Below, in pieces: positions 39,340 through 52,789 of a stretch of 64,000 nt of DNA (the stretch's first letter is position 1; each line of letters starts with the position of its first letter). Source of the DNA: Sphagnum compactum (taxonomy: Eukaryota); NCBI GenBank assembly GCA_965153455.1, contig OZ234493.1, forward strand, positions 17,660,213 to 17,724,212, read 5' to 3'. The notes beneath the pieces are model-generated. The model was not told the DNA's origin. It was given only the letters and a program-made list of their open reading frames with translations, and made no database searches. The position numbers and the translations under genes were made by a program.

Positions 39340-40830
39340 CTTCCATCAACCTCCAGCGCTAAGCGTGGAGGGACGTTCATCGGGCAAGGGAGCTCCCAAC
39401 CGAAGTTGGAGCGCCGATGCAGTAATCGCGCTCAGGAAAGTGAGCAATTTCTCGTCTTCCGGGATGTGGGTCTTGTCTATGTTAGAGAACACAGATCAAA
39501 TGTACGCACTATAGAACAGATCCTGTTCAAGTATAGTCGTGAAAGACGAGGTATCATCAACACTTTATATACTCAAAAATGGTGTCATTGCAAAACTTAT
39601 GGGATAAAAAAAAGGAGCCCATTTGGGAGTTGTTTCTATAGAAATGAAACAGGCTCTCAAGTTGTTTCTATAGAAACATTGTGATGAATGCACCCAGATA
39701 TGAAACAGGCCCAAGTCCACCACTATAGAAACATTTCCAGCATAATAACTGGAGGATCCACTTGGGCTTCACCATGCTAACCACCATCTGTTTTCAAATT
39801 TAGTATGTTGAATATTTTTATCATAAGCATCACTCAATTTGCATATATCAGCTCAATGGTCTCAATAGCAACCCAAATGCTTGTTGGGATTTCTGGTATC
39901 AGCTTTGAACTAGAAGTTAAGGAACCTTTGTGAGGCTCTTGCTTCGCTTGCTTGGATGAATAGTTTGGCTGTTGTTATGTTGCTGAAAACGTGGAGAGGA
40001 GGACAAGAGATCAAATAGGTCATAAGCAGAACTGGTTTCACAACAGTTGAGATTGCTTTACCAACTCTCTATATCTTTATCTTCATTTTCTGAAGTCTCA
40101 TTACCACCTGGAACACTTTGGACTCTGCTAGTGTGGAGCTAATCCCTCAATCTGATTCACCATTTGTGCGCACTTGTGGTAGCAGGACTTCTGGATCAGA
40201 GTCCAGGAGATCAGCAGTATTTGTATTACATATGCCATTACCTAATGTCAAATTGCCATTCCAACGTAATATATGCCACAATAAACGCCACACTGTGTAC
40301 ATTGTAGTGGATGAAACCACAAAGTTTCACTCACAGATATGTCATGAGCCCGCAGCTTTTTGTGTAAGAAAAACCACATTCTCTTGTAGTGATGGCAGAT
40401 GTTTCATAGCAGCACAGAGACTGCAGAATTGGAAGAATCATCTAATTCAGAAACTCATTGTGCAATGTTTTCAGCCATCTATGTGACATTACCAACACCA
40501 ATTGTGCAAGCACCAAGCAAAGGCCTTCTGCACAGAAAGTGGCGTATCGTCCACAAGGCATTGTCACCCCAATTTTTTCCAAAAAAATTCCAGACTAAGT
40601 GTAGCAGCAATGCTCCACTGGTAACACATATTGATGATTCATCTTTGGGTTGGTTGGGATTGAATTCAACTTGGGCCTGGAAGTTGCTGTACTTGTTTTT
40701 GCTTAACCCTTTCAACAAGGTGATTTTCCAGTTCATGAGATTTGGCATGTTTGGAGGGCAAATGGCAACACCAGCTTTGCCAATTGTTCTTTCTATTTAA
40801 ACCATTAAACCGATCGGTGCAATAAATATG
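39340..40830 (-). pseudogene. Decayed coding-like segment of unidentified family
   Basis: Higher GC than the flanks. Minus-strand protein-like stretches are broken by stops, e.g. TTILEQDLFYSAYI*SVFSNIDKTHIPEDEKLLTFLSAITASALQLRLG, SKLIPEIPTSIWVAIETIELIY and EKIGVTMPCGRYATFCAEGLCLVLAQLVLVMSHRWLKTLH. Confidence 0.35.
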
Positions 40831-41185
40831 CAGGAGACAACTTTGAAACTTTCAATTTGAGAGTTTTAGACATGCTCCTTGTGCTCATGGTCCAAGCTTG
40901 GGCCCTAATCCAATTTTTGCTCCAAGCTTTCAACATATAATGCTTGATAAAACATCAATGTAGAGTTAAGTTATTACAACACATCTCAAAAGTGAACATC
41001 GCATTAACCGCCTTTGAGATTTATGATGAGTAGATTTTATGTCCTTAGTTGAATCATTGAAAATCTGCAACATGCACTAATGGGCGGAGATAAGGATTTA
41101 CACCATTTAGACGAGATTGTTAACATGTATCATATAATAAGAACCCTAAAGACCGCCACAAATTTGACTACAATTATGGACGAAA

Positions 41186-42330
41186 CTAAGGTGGATTTGA
41201 ATTGGTTATCACCTCCAGTGTTTCCTTCAAATATTTTAATCCTACAATAGTGCTTTCAAAATAGGGAGAAAGGGATTGAGCTTTCAAGGGGCCACACATG
41301 TAAGTAATCAAGTAGGTTTTAACAGGCATGAAATAATAAGACTTCAATGGGAAATGGAGATTCAACATGAAGTTATCAATTAACACAACCATCACCTTGT
41401 CGCTTTCTAAGTCATTATTGAGGGATGGTTCAATTAACTTTGCACAAAACATGATGTTCAGAGCACTATTTGAAAACAATACATGGATTACAATTTTCTT
41501 TAGTATCTACACTACACACTCCACTTCCCCAAGGCTTTGCTACAAAACCACGTTACTTCCAAAATAATTGTCTTCTTCAAGACCTACGATTGTACCTCTC
41601 TTGACATTATCATGGGCAAACCCCAACTTCTTATTAAGCAAAGGGATAAAGTTTTCTACCATGTGTTACATATCATTTGGACAAACTAGTAAGAAATTGT
41701 CATGCACATCATCTTCCATCACTATCTATTCAAAGAATGTGGTGCAATACCTTCATGCTAAAGGCAAACAAAATCCACAAAATCTTACATGTCTAATCCA
41801 AATTGTTGATTGAAAATAATTACACAATCACAAATTGTCCTACATAAACCCTTGCCTCTTTTTCATGTGAAAAGGCAATATGTCAATATATCCAATGTAT
41901 ACCATGGATTATCATCGGACCTATCTCTCAACATCATGAATATAGTAGTCGAGACTTAGGAAGGAAATTGAAACAATACTTAAAACACCATAGAAATCAA
42001 TGTGTTTGGCATTGGACTCTAATCAAAGAACTTCTTCAACATATCTAATCATAATATGAAAGGAAATGTTCAAGTGGAACAATGTTTTTATTTTCATGAT
42101 TGTGTGTGTGATTTTTAGAGTTAGATTCCCACTTGTAGATGGGTTTGATTTTGAGTTGTGTACATGTTTTATTTGCATGATTTTGTTAATTTCAGTAGCA
42201 TTGGACACATTACAAATAGGTGATCCAACCATGGTATGTTCAAGACATGGAAATGAGAAAAATGTTGTTTAACCAATTCAAACATGTGGGGTTTCAACGG
42301 TGAACTTGTGTGAATTTTTTAATAGATTTC
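41186..42330 (-). pseudogene. Decayed intronless coding-like segment of unidentified family
   Basis: ORF remnants 41186-41479 and 42023-42232 are joined by stop-interrupted protein-like text (VENFIPLLNKKLGFAHDNVKRGTIVGLEED). Confidence 0.3.
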
Positions 42331-45129
42331 TTTAGATGTAGGAATTCACTGGTGAACAAATTGTGCATGAATTAGTGCCTAGTGGACATGTTCAAATGCA
42401 TGGTAATTAATAAAGGTAGGAATTCAAATTTGCAACCATTGTTTTGAAGATTGTGGCATATTTCTTTGGAAATTGTACCGCACTCTTTGAATACATATTG
42501 ATGGAAGAGTTTATGTTGCAAGCTTGGAGCAAAAAATGTCTTATCTTCTATGTTGCCAAGTTTCAGCACCAAATGACATATGGATATGCAAAATGTAATG
42601 AGGAAAATGTTGTCAGTTTTCAAGGATTTTTGTGAAAAAATTGCACCAAAGTTGTCATCTTTCAAGGATTTTTTGTTTTTTTTTCCCTCAAATTGCTGTT
42701 TCTAGGTAGACACAATTTAGGTTCCAGCAAGTTGCCAAAAAAATATAGCAGCATTCTTCAAAATTTCTACTTTCCTTTCACAAGTTTGGCTAACTCCTCT
42801 TGTGGATGATTTGCTAGTTTGGCTAAATCACAAAATTGAAGAAACCAAATCCTTGTGGCCTCACTTTTATGTTTAAAAGTGACAATTGAATAATATTTAA
42901 ATAACTTCTCAAGAAGGCAAACAAAAAGTCTTTTGGTTTTCCTTCTTCTTTTTGTTTTTCCCCATAATTCATTATATTTCCCTTCACACTTTGATAAGAC
43001 CTTCAGTCTCTTTGCTGCAAGCCCAAAGAGACTTGCCATATTCTACTCCAAAAACCAAATATCATTCCCATATTCAGACCTACATGAATTCTTTCTGGGA
43101 CTTCTAACCAGGACATGAAAAATTATCCATACTAAGGATTGTTTGTCAAATCATTTTTTCATAGCATATCCAAAAATAATAATTTAGTTTTTTTTTTTAA
43201 AAATTTAAAAAAATATCTTTGAAAAAAAACTTGTGGAAACCACCTTTCACATGATTAGCAAAAAATTCAGATTTAATACATGGAATGTATGGCATGAAGT
43301 TCTAATAAAACAACAAATTGAATTTCATTAGATTTTGTTGGCCTTCAATGTTGTAGAATTAGTGATTATACTTGGGTTGGTTTCCCCTTAAGTACATGGC
43401 ATGAGGCATTAATGGAACAATAGATCACATATAATTTCAATCACAATATTCCTTTTTTTGTTTTTGCAAAGTAGTTGGTACCTTAACTACTTAAATGATA
43501 ATTTCACTCATTACATTATGCATCCATGTCTTCATTGAACAAATGGGCTAATCTTTGCTTATGTGCAATTGTTAAGGTGTATGTGTGATTATTTGAGAGT
43601 TAAGGCTTAGGGTATGGCAAAAGGATTTTCACATTTTGTACATTCATTATCAATCCATCGGTACATATTTCCAAACAGCATTTTTAGCAGCATTTTTAGC
43701 AATATCAACCAAATTTACATATAATTAATACAACTCAACCCATAACATAACAAAGCACTAGTTTTATGGATAATGAAATATCTTTAATTCTAAAACTGTC
43801 TTATGCTTTACAATTTATGTTGAGGTTAAAAGATGCAACCTCCAATATCAAACACAAATCCTTGATTTGCTTCTTTCATTATACAAATGCAGTGAATTTG
43901 CTTGATTTTTCCTTATGAGTCTCATGCCTCAAAAGCAGCAACAACACACTTTGGAAGGGAACATAATACTGAAATCATTTTGTCCTTCCTGCTTCACCTC
44001 ATGTGATCCTCCGTCGCCTGGGCCCCATGTGCCACCTCTAGCACCCATTTGAGTCTCAAGCATTCAAACTTGTTCTTTTTCTTACCCCATTGAAAATTTA
44101 AAAATGTCCCATATTTAAATTCAACACAGAGTTACAACTTTGCTTCTTACATTGTGTACCGCCTAGACTTACAAATTGCATCCATCACAATCAACACCCC
44201 AATATTGAAAGAACCCTATGCAAACCTTCGTATTAAGGTATGCATAACTTCAATATTACGTTGTTGCCAATATGACATAACAAACCATAAGAGATATATA
44301 TACAGATAGATAATAACAAACCACAAAGAGATAGTATGTATCCAAGGTACCTATCTAGTATCCATAAGCAAAGCATTTGCACACTTTGGAAAGAATTCCT
44401 AGTTGACTAAAATGGAAATTGCAATCACAGTTCAACTTGATATGGTGTACCAAACAATCTTTCAAAAGTGACAAAAGTACAAGTTGCATCTTTGCAGATT
44501 CACCAACAAAACCATAATTACCCGAAGTCTCATGGGAATCAACATGATCAGATTTGCATTCTTCAATGACACAATGATCCTTGCAAGAACCAAGTTATTT
44601 TGGAGAATATGATCACAGAATGCAAACAGTGTCTTTCCCAAGGACACTGCAGTTGAATGCCACTGTATGCACTTGTTCATAGTATGCAGTTGACAAGCTC
44701 CCCACGTTGTAAAGGAAAATATGTTTGCATTATCATGACAAATTGTAAGAAAATGTACCTCTTTGGACAGTGGTGACTATGTGGCAAACTTTACAGTTTC
44801 CTCAGGTGGTTGGGGGACATTAATGAGAATTTAAGGTTCTTGCATCTTACGAGCCATGCTCTTGCTGCCCAGAGGCCATATCCATTTATCCTGCACAGCA
44901 TTTCTTAGACAGTCACGTAAAATCCAAGTAAAAGAACTGAGGCAGAAGAGTGGACAATGATGATGCATGTGTAATGACAGCAAGTAATCAGCTCAATGCC
45001 CTAACCTCAAACTCCAGAAGAGTATGATGATCCAAACAGAGCGATACCGAAGAGGAGCCAAAGGCCCACTCGACATTGAGGGAAAGCCTCTATGAACAAA
45101 CGTGAATTTCAGATGCAGAGATTAAACAT

Positions 45130-48100
45130 CTAAGCGTGGTAAAATGGATTTTGTTTGAGAGACATGCATGGGAAGAATCTGAAAGAATTACTGCGCACCA
45201 ATTTCTTGTGTTCCAGCCTAAAAAGAATATCTTCTAAACAGTCAATGATATTTGCAAATGTTGGCCGCTTCATTGGGTCTTCGTCCCAACACTGCCTCAA
45301 CAAACTGCACAGCCCATCCAACAAGTCCTTAGAGCCTTGGCCTGTCAAGTAAAGCACCCTGGTTTCTTGGAGATCTTTTGCAATTATGGCACAGCTATTA
45401 TGGCATAGGGATTGTTTTTAGTCAAATTCCACACCACCACACAGCACAAATTGATAAAAATAGCAATCCCCTCTCGTTAAATGCAGATTGAAAGTCCAGA
45501 AGTGTAATCTTACTCTTTCATTTGAGGAGGATATGAATTTGCAGTGAAAGCTGGCCTCTTTCCATCCAATGCCCGAGAAGCTGCAATTTCTTTTGGTGAT
45601 TGAAACTTTGATTGAGGTCCACCTTCAAACAACTTCACAATACAGCCAAGCAGAAAATATATCTGTCAAGCCAGAGCATCAAGGAGTGCTGGGCAGTCTG
45701 AACTCAGGTAATTCACAATTAGCCTATGTACTCAGCTCATAGAATAGTGACTGATTCTTGCTCCACATGACTTGCTATCTTGAAGTTTTCAGTGCAAGCC
45801 CTTGTCTTAAAACATATTCTATACACAATCATGGAGACAATGCAAAGAGCAGACCTCTTGGACTGTGATGGCAAAAGAAAACACATCAACACTCTTGTCA
45901 TAGGTTTTGTGCAAAAACACCTCTGGAGCCATGTATCGATCTGCTCCACAATCCAAACCTCTCATTAGTAGTGATATTTCTGCTCAGCCCAATTCACAAA
46001 TAGAAAGAGAGATCGAATAACAAATTACAACTCTTTGAGGTTGAGCAACAAGTGTCTGCAAGAGGCTTTGTGTGCATTGAAAGATGACTCAGGTGGTTCT
46101 TTGTTTGTCATAGAGACCTTGCAACAGCATATCTTGTGAGAAGATTGAACAGAATGGAGGGAATTTGAGAAAACAAATGGGGAGCAAGATGACAGTCAGT
46201 GGTCAAAAGGAAGTTAAAAAGACCAAGGACCAACAATAAACCATCAGACTGAGAACTCAAAACCCAACCCACCAACAAGGCAAATGAAACATGGGGCTTT
46301 TAGCTTACAGGTTCCTGTCTCCCCTGTCATTTCATATAAACCCTCTGCTGACGCATCCAAGAGTTTCCCAAGTCCAAAATCAGCAACTTTTAAATAACCA
46401 GCATCATGCAGCAGCAGATTCCTGCAATCAAAAAGCTTCATCAATGTTCACATTGTTCTTATACCCTTTGTAATGTGATAAGCCACAATATACATAAAGG
46501 CAAATTGTGATTTTGTTTAGACTCACTGAAGTGGGATCCCTCAGTAACTTCAACACCACATGGTAGGGTATCTCCTCATTCTCTTATCTTCACTAGTGTG
46601 ATCACAGTCTTTACCATTAAAGTGGGGAACATCTCTTACCTGGGCTTGAGATCCCGATGTACGATCGGATCAGGGTTGTGCTTGTGCAAATAATTCATCC
46701 CCCTGTTGAAACAACCCCACTGGTTATTACAATCCACTATCCCAGAGTGTAATATCTCTAACTGAATTGCAAGGAATTCCACCTGAATGTTTGTACATGT
46801 AGGTTCATGAGCTATATGACCTTCTCTAACTGGAGAACATGTTCTTTTCACTGCAAGTTCACATGTAACCTCAACTTATCCAGAGTAATATTGTCTGCAA
46901 ATACACAAAGACATACCTTGCAATGTCAAGGGCAAAATTTACAGCAGTGGTGGCATCCAACCGGCCTCTCCTCTCCAGAAGATTTGCCAGGTCTCCCTGA
47001 GAATCAAAACACAATTGTGAAGAGGTGCAAGCAGAAGAAAATTTTGAGCTGGGTGCAGCAAGCTTATGGCACTGTGGTCACAAGTCTTTCCTTGCTCTTG
47101 TGACATAGAGCCTTGCTCCTTTTGGATAAAAAGCAACAAAAATCCCAAAAGGGTGGAAAAACAGAGCAAGAGATAGAGGAAATGAACAACTGGGTGTGGA
47201 ATCCCGACATAAAAAGCCCGATTGAGTCTTACACTCAACTCAGGCATAAGGGGATGTCACACAGACTCAGTGTTTCCTACAGCTCAGCATTATCCTGTAT
47301 TTTCAGGGAACAGACTGCATACAGTTCCACAAAGACTTTGTTGAGCTGTGAAAATACACAACAGAAAAGAAGGAGGTAAGTTGGAAGCAAGAGATTACCT
47401 TTGGGAAGTATTCAGTGACAATGACAAGGGGTCTGGTTTTTGTAACAGCGCCAAGGAACTGCACTATATTGGGATGTCGTAGGCTCTGCAGCAAAGCAAG
47501 CTCACCAATGAACTCCTTCCTGCAAGTTGTAATTATTGCAGACAACAAGAGTAAGCAGATTGAGATATCTCATCTCCTTAAAAAGAAGCAACATGAAGCA
47601 AACAGAAAGTGCTAAGTTTAAAAAAATCAGCAGCTCAAGAAGAACACAAAACTACATGTGAAGTACCTCCAGCAACAATACGGCAATTTAGACTGGATAC
47701 AGGCCCAAAAGGACTAAAATATCACTTACACTATTTGCCGATTTGATGAGAGAGGTTTCAATATTGTCTTTGCTGCAACCATTGTTCCTCTCCATTTCAC
47801 TAATCGAATCTCACCCAGTGCACCCTGTGGAAAAGGTGGAGAAACACATGAAGAGTGCTCCCAAAAAGATGTGAGTCCATCATGCAAATACTGTCATGTT
47901 CCAAGCATGGATGCATTTCCTAGGAACACACGCATCTGAGGAGGGCCCTCTTCATGAGCATTGGAAAATTCCAAGAGTTCCTTCATATTATGTACCCAAC
48001 TTGAACCTCTCCCCATTCAACTTCTGCACAAGCTGCAATGTAAAATTTCCCTTTTATTTTCCTACTCTCTCATGACACTCAAAAATTGCTGTCTGAGAAA

Positions 48101-48935
48101 CAGGCTAATCTCTCCAGAAATATTTAAGCCTGAGAAAGAAGTACCTTGCCAACAAGTTGAGCATTCTCTAAACCCAGTTCAGAGACATCAATCTCAGACT
48201 CCATAGGCCGAGGCTGAAATCACAATGGAGAAGTCCAGCAAGTGAGTTTAAATCAAAATCCATGGTGATCCCCTTCTTTATGAAGAAAAGATCAATCAGA
48301 CTGCAGGTACAAAGCTATGCATGATTATCTGAGGAAGGCACACCCAATGAATCCAAACAGGTTGCGTGAAGGAAGGATGAGGGTAAGCACCTTTGCAAAT
48401 CCGCCATGTGCATCCAAAATCTTGCTGACTTCCTTATGATCAAACATAAGTGCATTATCCAGTGGCTGCAAGAGATTTGCACCCATATCAGCTTTCTGAA
48501 AGCCTCCAAAAAGAGTCTCTCAAGTCATTTGACTTCTCCTGTAAACAAATCTGTTCTGACAAAAGCTGTTCACAACATACTAGAATGGTCGGAAATCCTG
48601 GGTTTTCCAGGCCATTTTAAAAAGAGAGTTTCACAGGTGACAAACAGCATGAGAAAGCAATGGATTAAATAAAATGCACCGTGGGGGGGAGGCACTAAAC
48701 TCACTGTGTCATTGTAGCGATCAGGAGGATTTACATTTGCATTGTAACTCAACAGCAGCTTAACAGCAGCAACATGGCCTTCACTTGCTGCAAGATGTAA
48801 TGCAGTTCGGCCATCGTAGTCTGCAGCATCTACAGCAGTGCCATTATCCAGCATATGCTTGATGATTTGAACATTTCCTTTGCTTGCATAGTACAGCAAA
48901 GTTCCAACCTCTTCTTCCACCTTATGTGTCTGCAT
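45130..48935 (-). CDS. Ankyrin-repeat Raf-like protein kinase (integrin-linked kinase / VIK-like); 11 coding exons, ~408 aa
   Basis: Exons (minus) 48935-48705, 48465-48391, 48213-48145, 47824-47730, 47519-47399, 46996-46917, 46702-46640, 46421-46309, 45940-45855, 45632-45514 and 45304-45130 give a 1227-nt open frame. Ankyrin motif DYDGRTALHLAASEGH; kinase motifs GKGALG, VAAK, LRHPNIVQFLGAVT, HRDLKPRN, DFG, GETGTYRYMAPE, DVFSFA, CWDEDPMKRPTF. Confidence 0.95.
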
Positions 48936-50361
48936 GTGAACTGATGTGGGAAACTGTAAAACAAAAACCCAGAAGTTAGTTGGTGTGAAAAAAAACAGGA
49001 AATAAAAACAGGCTGCATAGTTGAATTCTCAGGCTCATTTGGAAAACCAGTGTTCTATGTCTTGGGCAACCTGCAAAGAATAGAACCTCAGCTGCTGCTA
49101 AACTCCTGGCTAGCATGAGCACACCTTGCAATTGATTGTGGGTAACCCAATTCAGTACTGAATCATGCTAGACAGTGTTATTTGTTAATCCTTGAAGGAA
49201 GCAGTCGCCTCTCGGGTGATGGCATGCATGGATGCGTGCTCAATCAACAGATTTTGCACCATTCTTCTGGAAAAAGTTGAAGGCAAAGTAACCATCAGAT
49301 GTTAAAGAAGAAAGACAAAAACAGAGAAGTGAGTGAGGGAAAGGGGGTGATGAAGTACTTGTCAATTGAAGAATTGCTTCACATTTTCCCCAGATGACTT
49401 GAAATTGCACCACAAGTTTTAGTCTCCAGCAAGCAAGAATCTCTCAACACAAGAGATTTCTTATGAAGAACTACTCCTTCCGCCCTCCTCCTGCTCCTCT
49501 TGCTTGTTCGCGATCTCTGTCTCTTTCAGACCCTAGACTCCCGACAGTCCGTCGTTCATTCAGGCCGTCCGTTCGTCCGTCCACGAAGCTCGTCGGAGTT
49601 CTTTTTTGTTTTTGTTTTTTACTTCAACTGCAATAACCGGCAGCAACATGATCTGCGCGAGAATCAGAACGAAATCATGAAAGTGAGTGGAACAAACCCT
49701 AGAAGCTTGGCGGCGTCGAGTTTTTGCGCTCACTGCAAGATCCGATGCACACACCAATCAGGGTGTAGAATATTCCGTGAATCTCATCACGTCACTCCTG
49801 GTGGCGGCCGGCCGGCCATTTCCTGCTGGCGCTCCCATGGATATTCCGACAATTCCGATCTGTTTCTGGATAGAGATTGTCGACGGCGAATCATCTCCGG
49901 ATCTGCCACGTCGTGTGGGGACTCCTGCCTTCTTTTCCCTTCCCTTCCTTCGACTTCTTCGTCGCGCCCGGACCCAAGACGCAACCCCGTCATCGATGGT
50001 GGCTTTTTAGGGTTTCTGACTTCGGCACACCCCAGGGGATTAGGGATAGGGTTTGCTGATTTCTGTGGAAACCCACGTACTACTTAAGACTTCTCGTATT
50101 TAGCGCTTTTGGCTATATGCCCATTTTTGCCCCAAAAAAATCCCCTAAGACTAAAACTTATTGTACCTATTTTAAAAATTTAGGTGTTGACCAAAATTTC
50201 GCATATCTAGGGATTTTGAAATGCAAGGAACCCTAGGATTTTAGGGTTTGTGCACTTTGGAGAACAAATTGCTCAGGATTTTTTTCAAAAAAATCTTTAG
50301 GTCCAAATTGGGTCTCAATAAACCATTAGAAAGGTCTTCAATCAAAAATATCAAAATTGAG

Positions 50362-50643
50362 ATTGTATTTTTCCATTTGAAAACTTTGAATTAAAAATTA
50401 TGGCTAAAAGAATGATTGGAATCAGATTGACCATTTGTTTCTCAACCATTAAAACTTAAAAACATGCATCAAATGATTTTTTATTGAAGCAATTGTATTT
50501 TTCCATTTGAAACTTTGAACTAAGAATTATGACTAAAAGAATGATCAGAATTATGATTAAAAGAATGATTAGAACCAAATTGACCATTTGATTCATAACC
50601 ATTAAAACTAAAAAACATGCATCAAATGATCTTTTATTGAAGC
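50362..50643. repeat. Tandem duplication of ~130-150 bp
   Basis: attgtatttttccatttgaaa...taaaagaatgat...ttgaccatttg...aaccattaaaact..aaaacatgcatcaaatgat.tttttattgaagc occurs twice (from 50362 and 50492). Confidence 0.8.
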
Positions 50644-52789
50644 CTGCAACGTGGCATTAGAAAGATATCATCCAAAGGTATAGTTTTGCAATTTAAACTT
50701 ATTCAATTAGAATGCATATGAAGGAATTACGAGGTCACAATTTTGCAAGATTCATAACTTGGGAATTTTGGGAGTCTTAAGAATTTTAGCCATTTTTATG
50801 TAGCCTAGTCGCAATCAAACCCATGGAGGGGCAAAAGGATAACATAGTCCCATTATTGATCGCATAATTCAAGAAATACATGTGAAATAAAAAATACCAA
50901 GTCACCAATCACAAAATATATTATGAGAGAAAAAATGATGATTTTTTTCAAATTTAAGTTGTGTAAATTCTAAGTGAATCTATGGCAAGTCCATGGCCCA
51001 ATTGGTTTCCAATTGCACAATTTACAATATTCTCTTGATTTGTGCATTTTCATATGTTCAAAAACTCAACTTGAACAACCCATCTTAGTCACATCCAAAA
51101 GCTTTCACACACCCTTCTAACTTTTAAATGTGAGGACTTAAGGAATGCACCCATGGCATTAAAGTCTTTCACAATGCATTGTATTTAAAAGTTTATTTCA
51201 ATACCTTGTGGCAAGCTTAGGGTTTTCAAAGGTAAAAAACCCTAAAGCTTTATCACCTAAAATTAAAATGGTTTTTTTGAAATATGGGAAACTCAAAGGT
51301 TTAGGATTTGTGAAATTATGTCCATATAAACCTTTCAATTAAAGAATTTTCATATGCAAGTTTTGTGAATTCCACACATTTTAAGGGTTTTAGGTTTGAT
51401 GAATTTCATGGAAAACATCTAGAACTGAACTTGTAATATTTCACAATTTTTGAAATATGGAATACCTTAGAGGTTTAAGGTTTAATGATTTTTGCAAAAT
51501 TCATAGACCTAATAATTTATCATACGCAAGGTTTGAGAAATTTGGTAAACACTAAGGAATTAGAAAATTAGAAAATTAGAACATATTTAAGGTTTTTGAA
51601 ACTGGGAAACCTCAATTGGTTGATTTTTGTAAAAGCCCTAGCATTCATTTTTTTCATATTTCATGTTCGTGACATAAGGAAAACCTAAAGTTTTCGAGGT
51701 TTGTCGATTTAAGAAAAAACATACAATGGAAAAAATCATATTAAATTTTTGTGATAATTGTTTTCCAATCTTGAACATGTATGACACCATAGGGTTTTTT
51801 TAATTCCATTTTAAATTTTTTTGAAAGCATTGGATGAAAAAGGACTGTCACCAAAAAGGAAGGGAAGACCTAAACAAGAAACCCTTTATGGTTTGTTTCA
51901 TTATACTAACATCAAATTTCTTGCAATGGTTAAAACAAGCTATGTATTACAATGGTTACAAGCATTGTCATACTCCTATCTTAGGTTATGTCCAAACCAT
52001 AGACTAAGGACTTTAGGGGATCAAAACGTTCTTTGCTCCTCTCAAGAGCCCATTGGTCCTATGGATGTTTACAAAGAAACACTAACATTGTGCACCCACA
52101 TCCTTTCCACCAAAATCATTCATGAAAAGATTTGAATAGAAAGATGAATTGATCCCAAAAATTTAGTTCTTTCCTTGGTACCCATAACAGTCCTGAAATC
52201 TTTTTTTCTCCGGAGCTCCCACAAATGAGTAAGTACTCTTTCTCTCCCAAACTTGGCCAAATTGGTACATTCATTTAAAATTCCCAAACCATAAACAAAC
52301 CACGAGGACCGCTTTAAAACCTTTAGACATTATCATCATCTCCCTTAATCCAATCCCTATTCTTGTCATTGCTTAATCCTTCTCATTTTCTAAAAACTAT
52401 AGTGCAACAGAAAAGCAACATCTTTAGGCCAGAAGAAGATAAGAACAGAGAGGCATTCCTCTTTTTTGTCTTCACTATAATCCACACACACGTATCTTTA
52501 CTCTCTAATTACAATTCAGAAAACTTAACTGTCCTTGAAGACTTGAACTCTTCTTTTTATATCCCTTTCGCTCTCCCTTCCTCCATCCAAACTCCTGCAA
52601 CATGATCCGCATTCCTCATTCAAAAGCTAATTCATTTGCAACGACAAGCCCACTCCATCACCAAAGCTAACATAGAAACTCATCTTCATTGAATTACAAA
52701 CTTCAAACACCATAAACCTGCAAACAAACAAAACACACTAAAATAGAAAAACAAACAACAAATCACGGATTTTCGGCGCCCTCAAGATT

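Noticed and set aside
39386..39397. aagggagctccc matching the 3' end of miR319/159
   Set aside because: Only ~12 nt match. The 5' seed part (ttggactg) is absent and no matching long foldback is seen.
49500..50087. 195-aa plus-strand ORF
   Set aside because: Non-ATG start, no recognisable domain, and explained by the GC-rich promoter/leader island of the minus-strand kinase.
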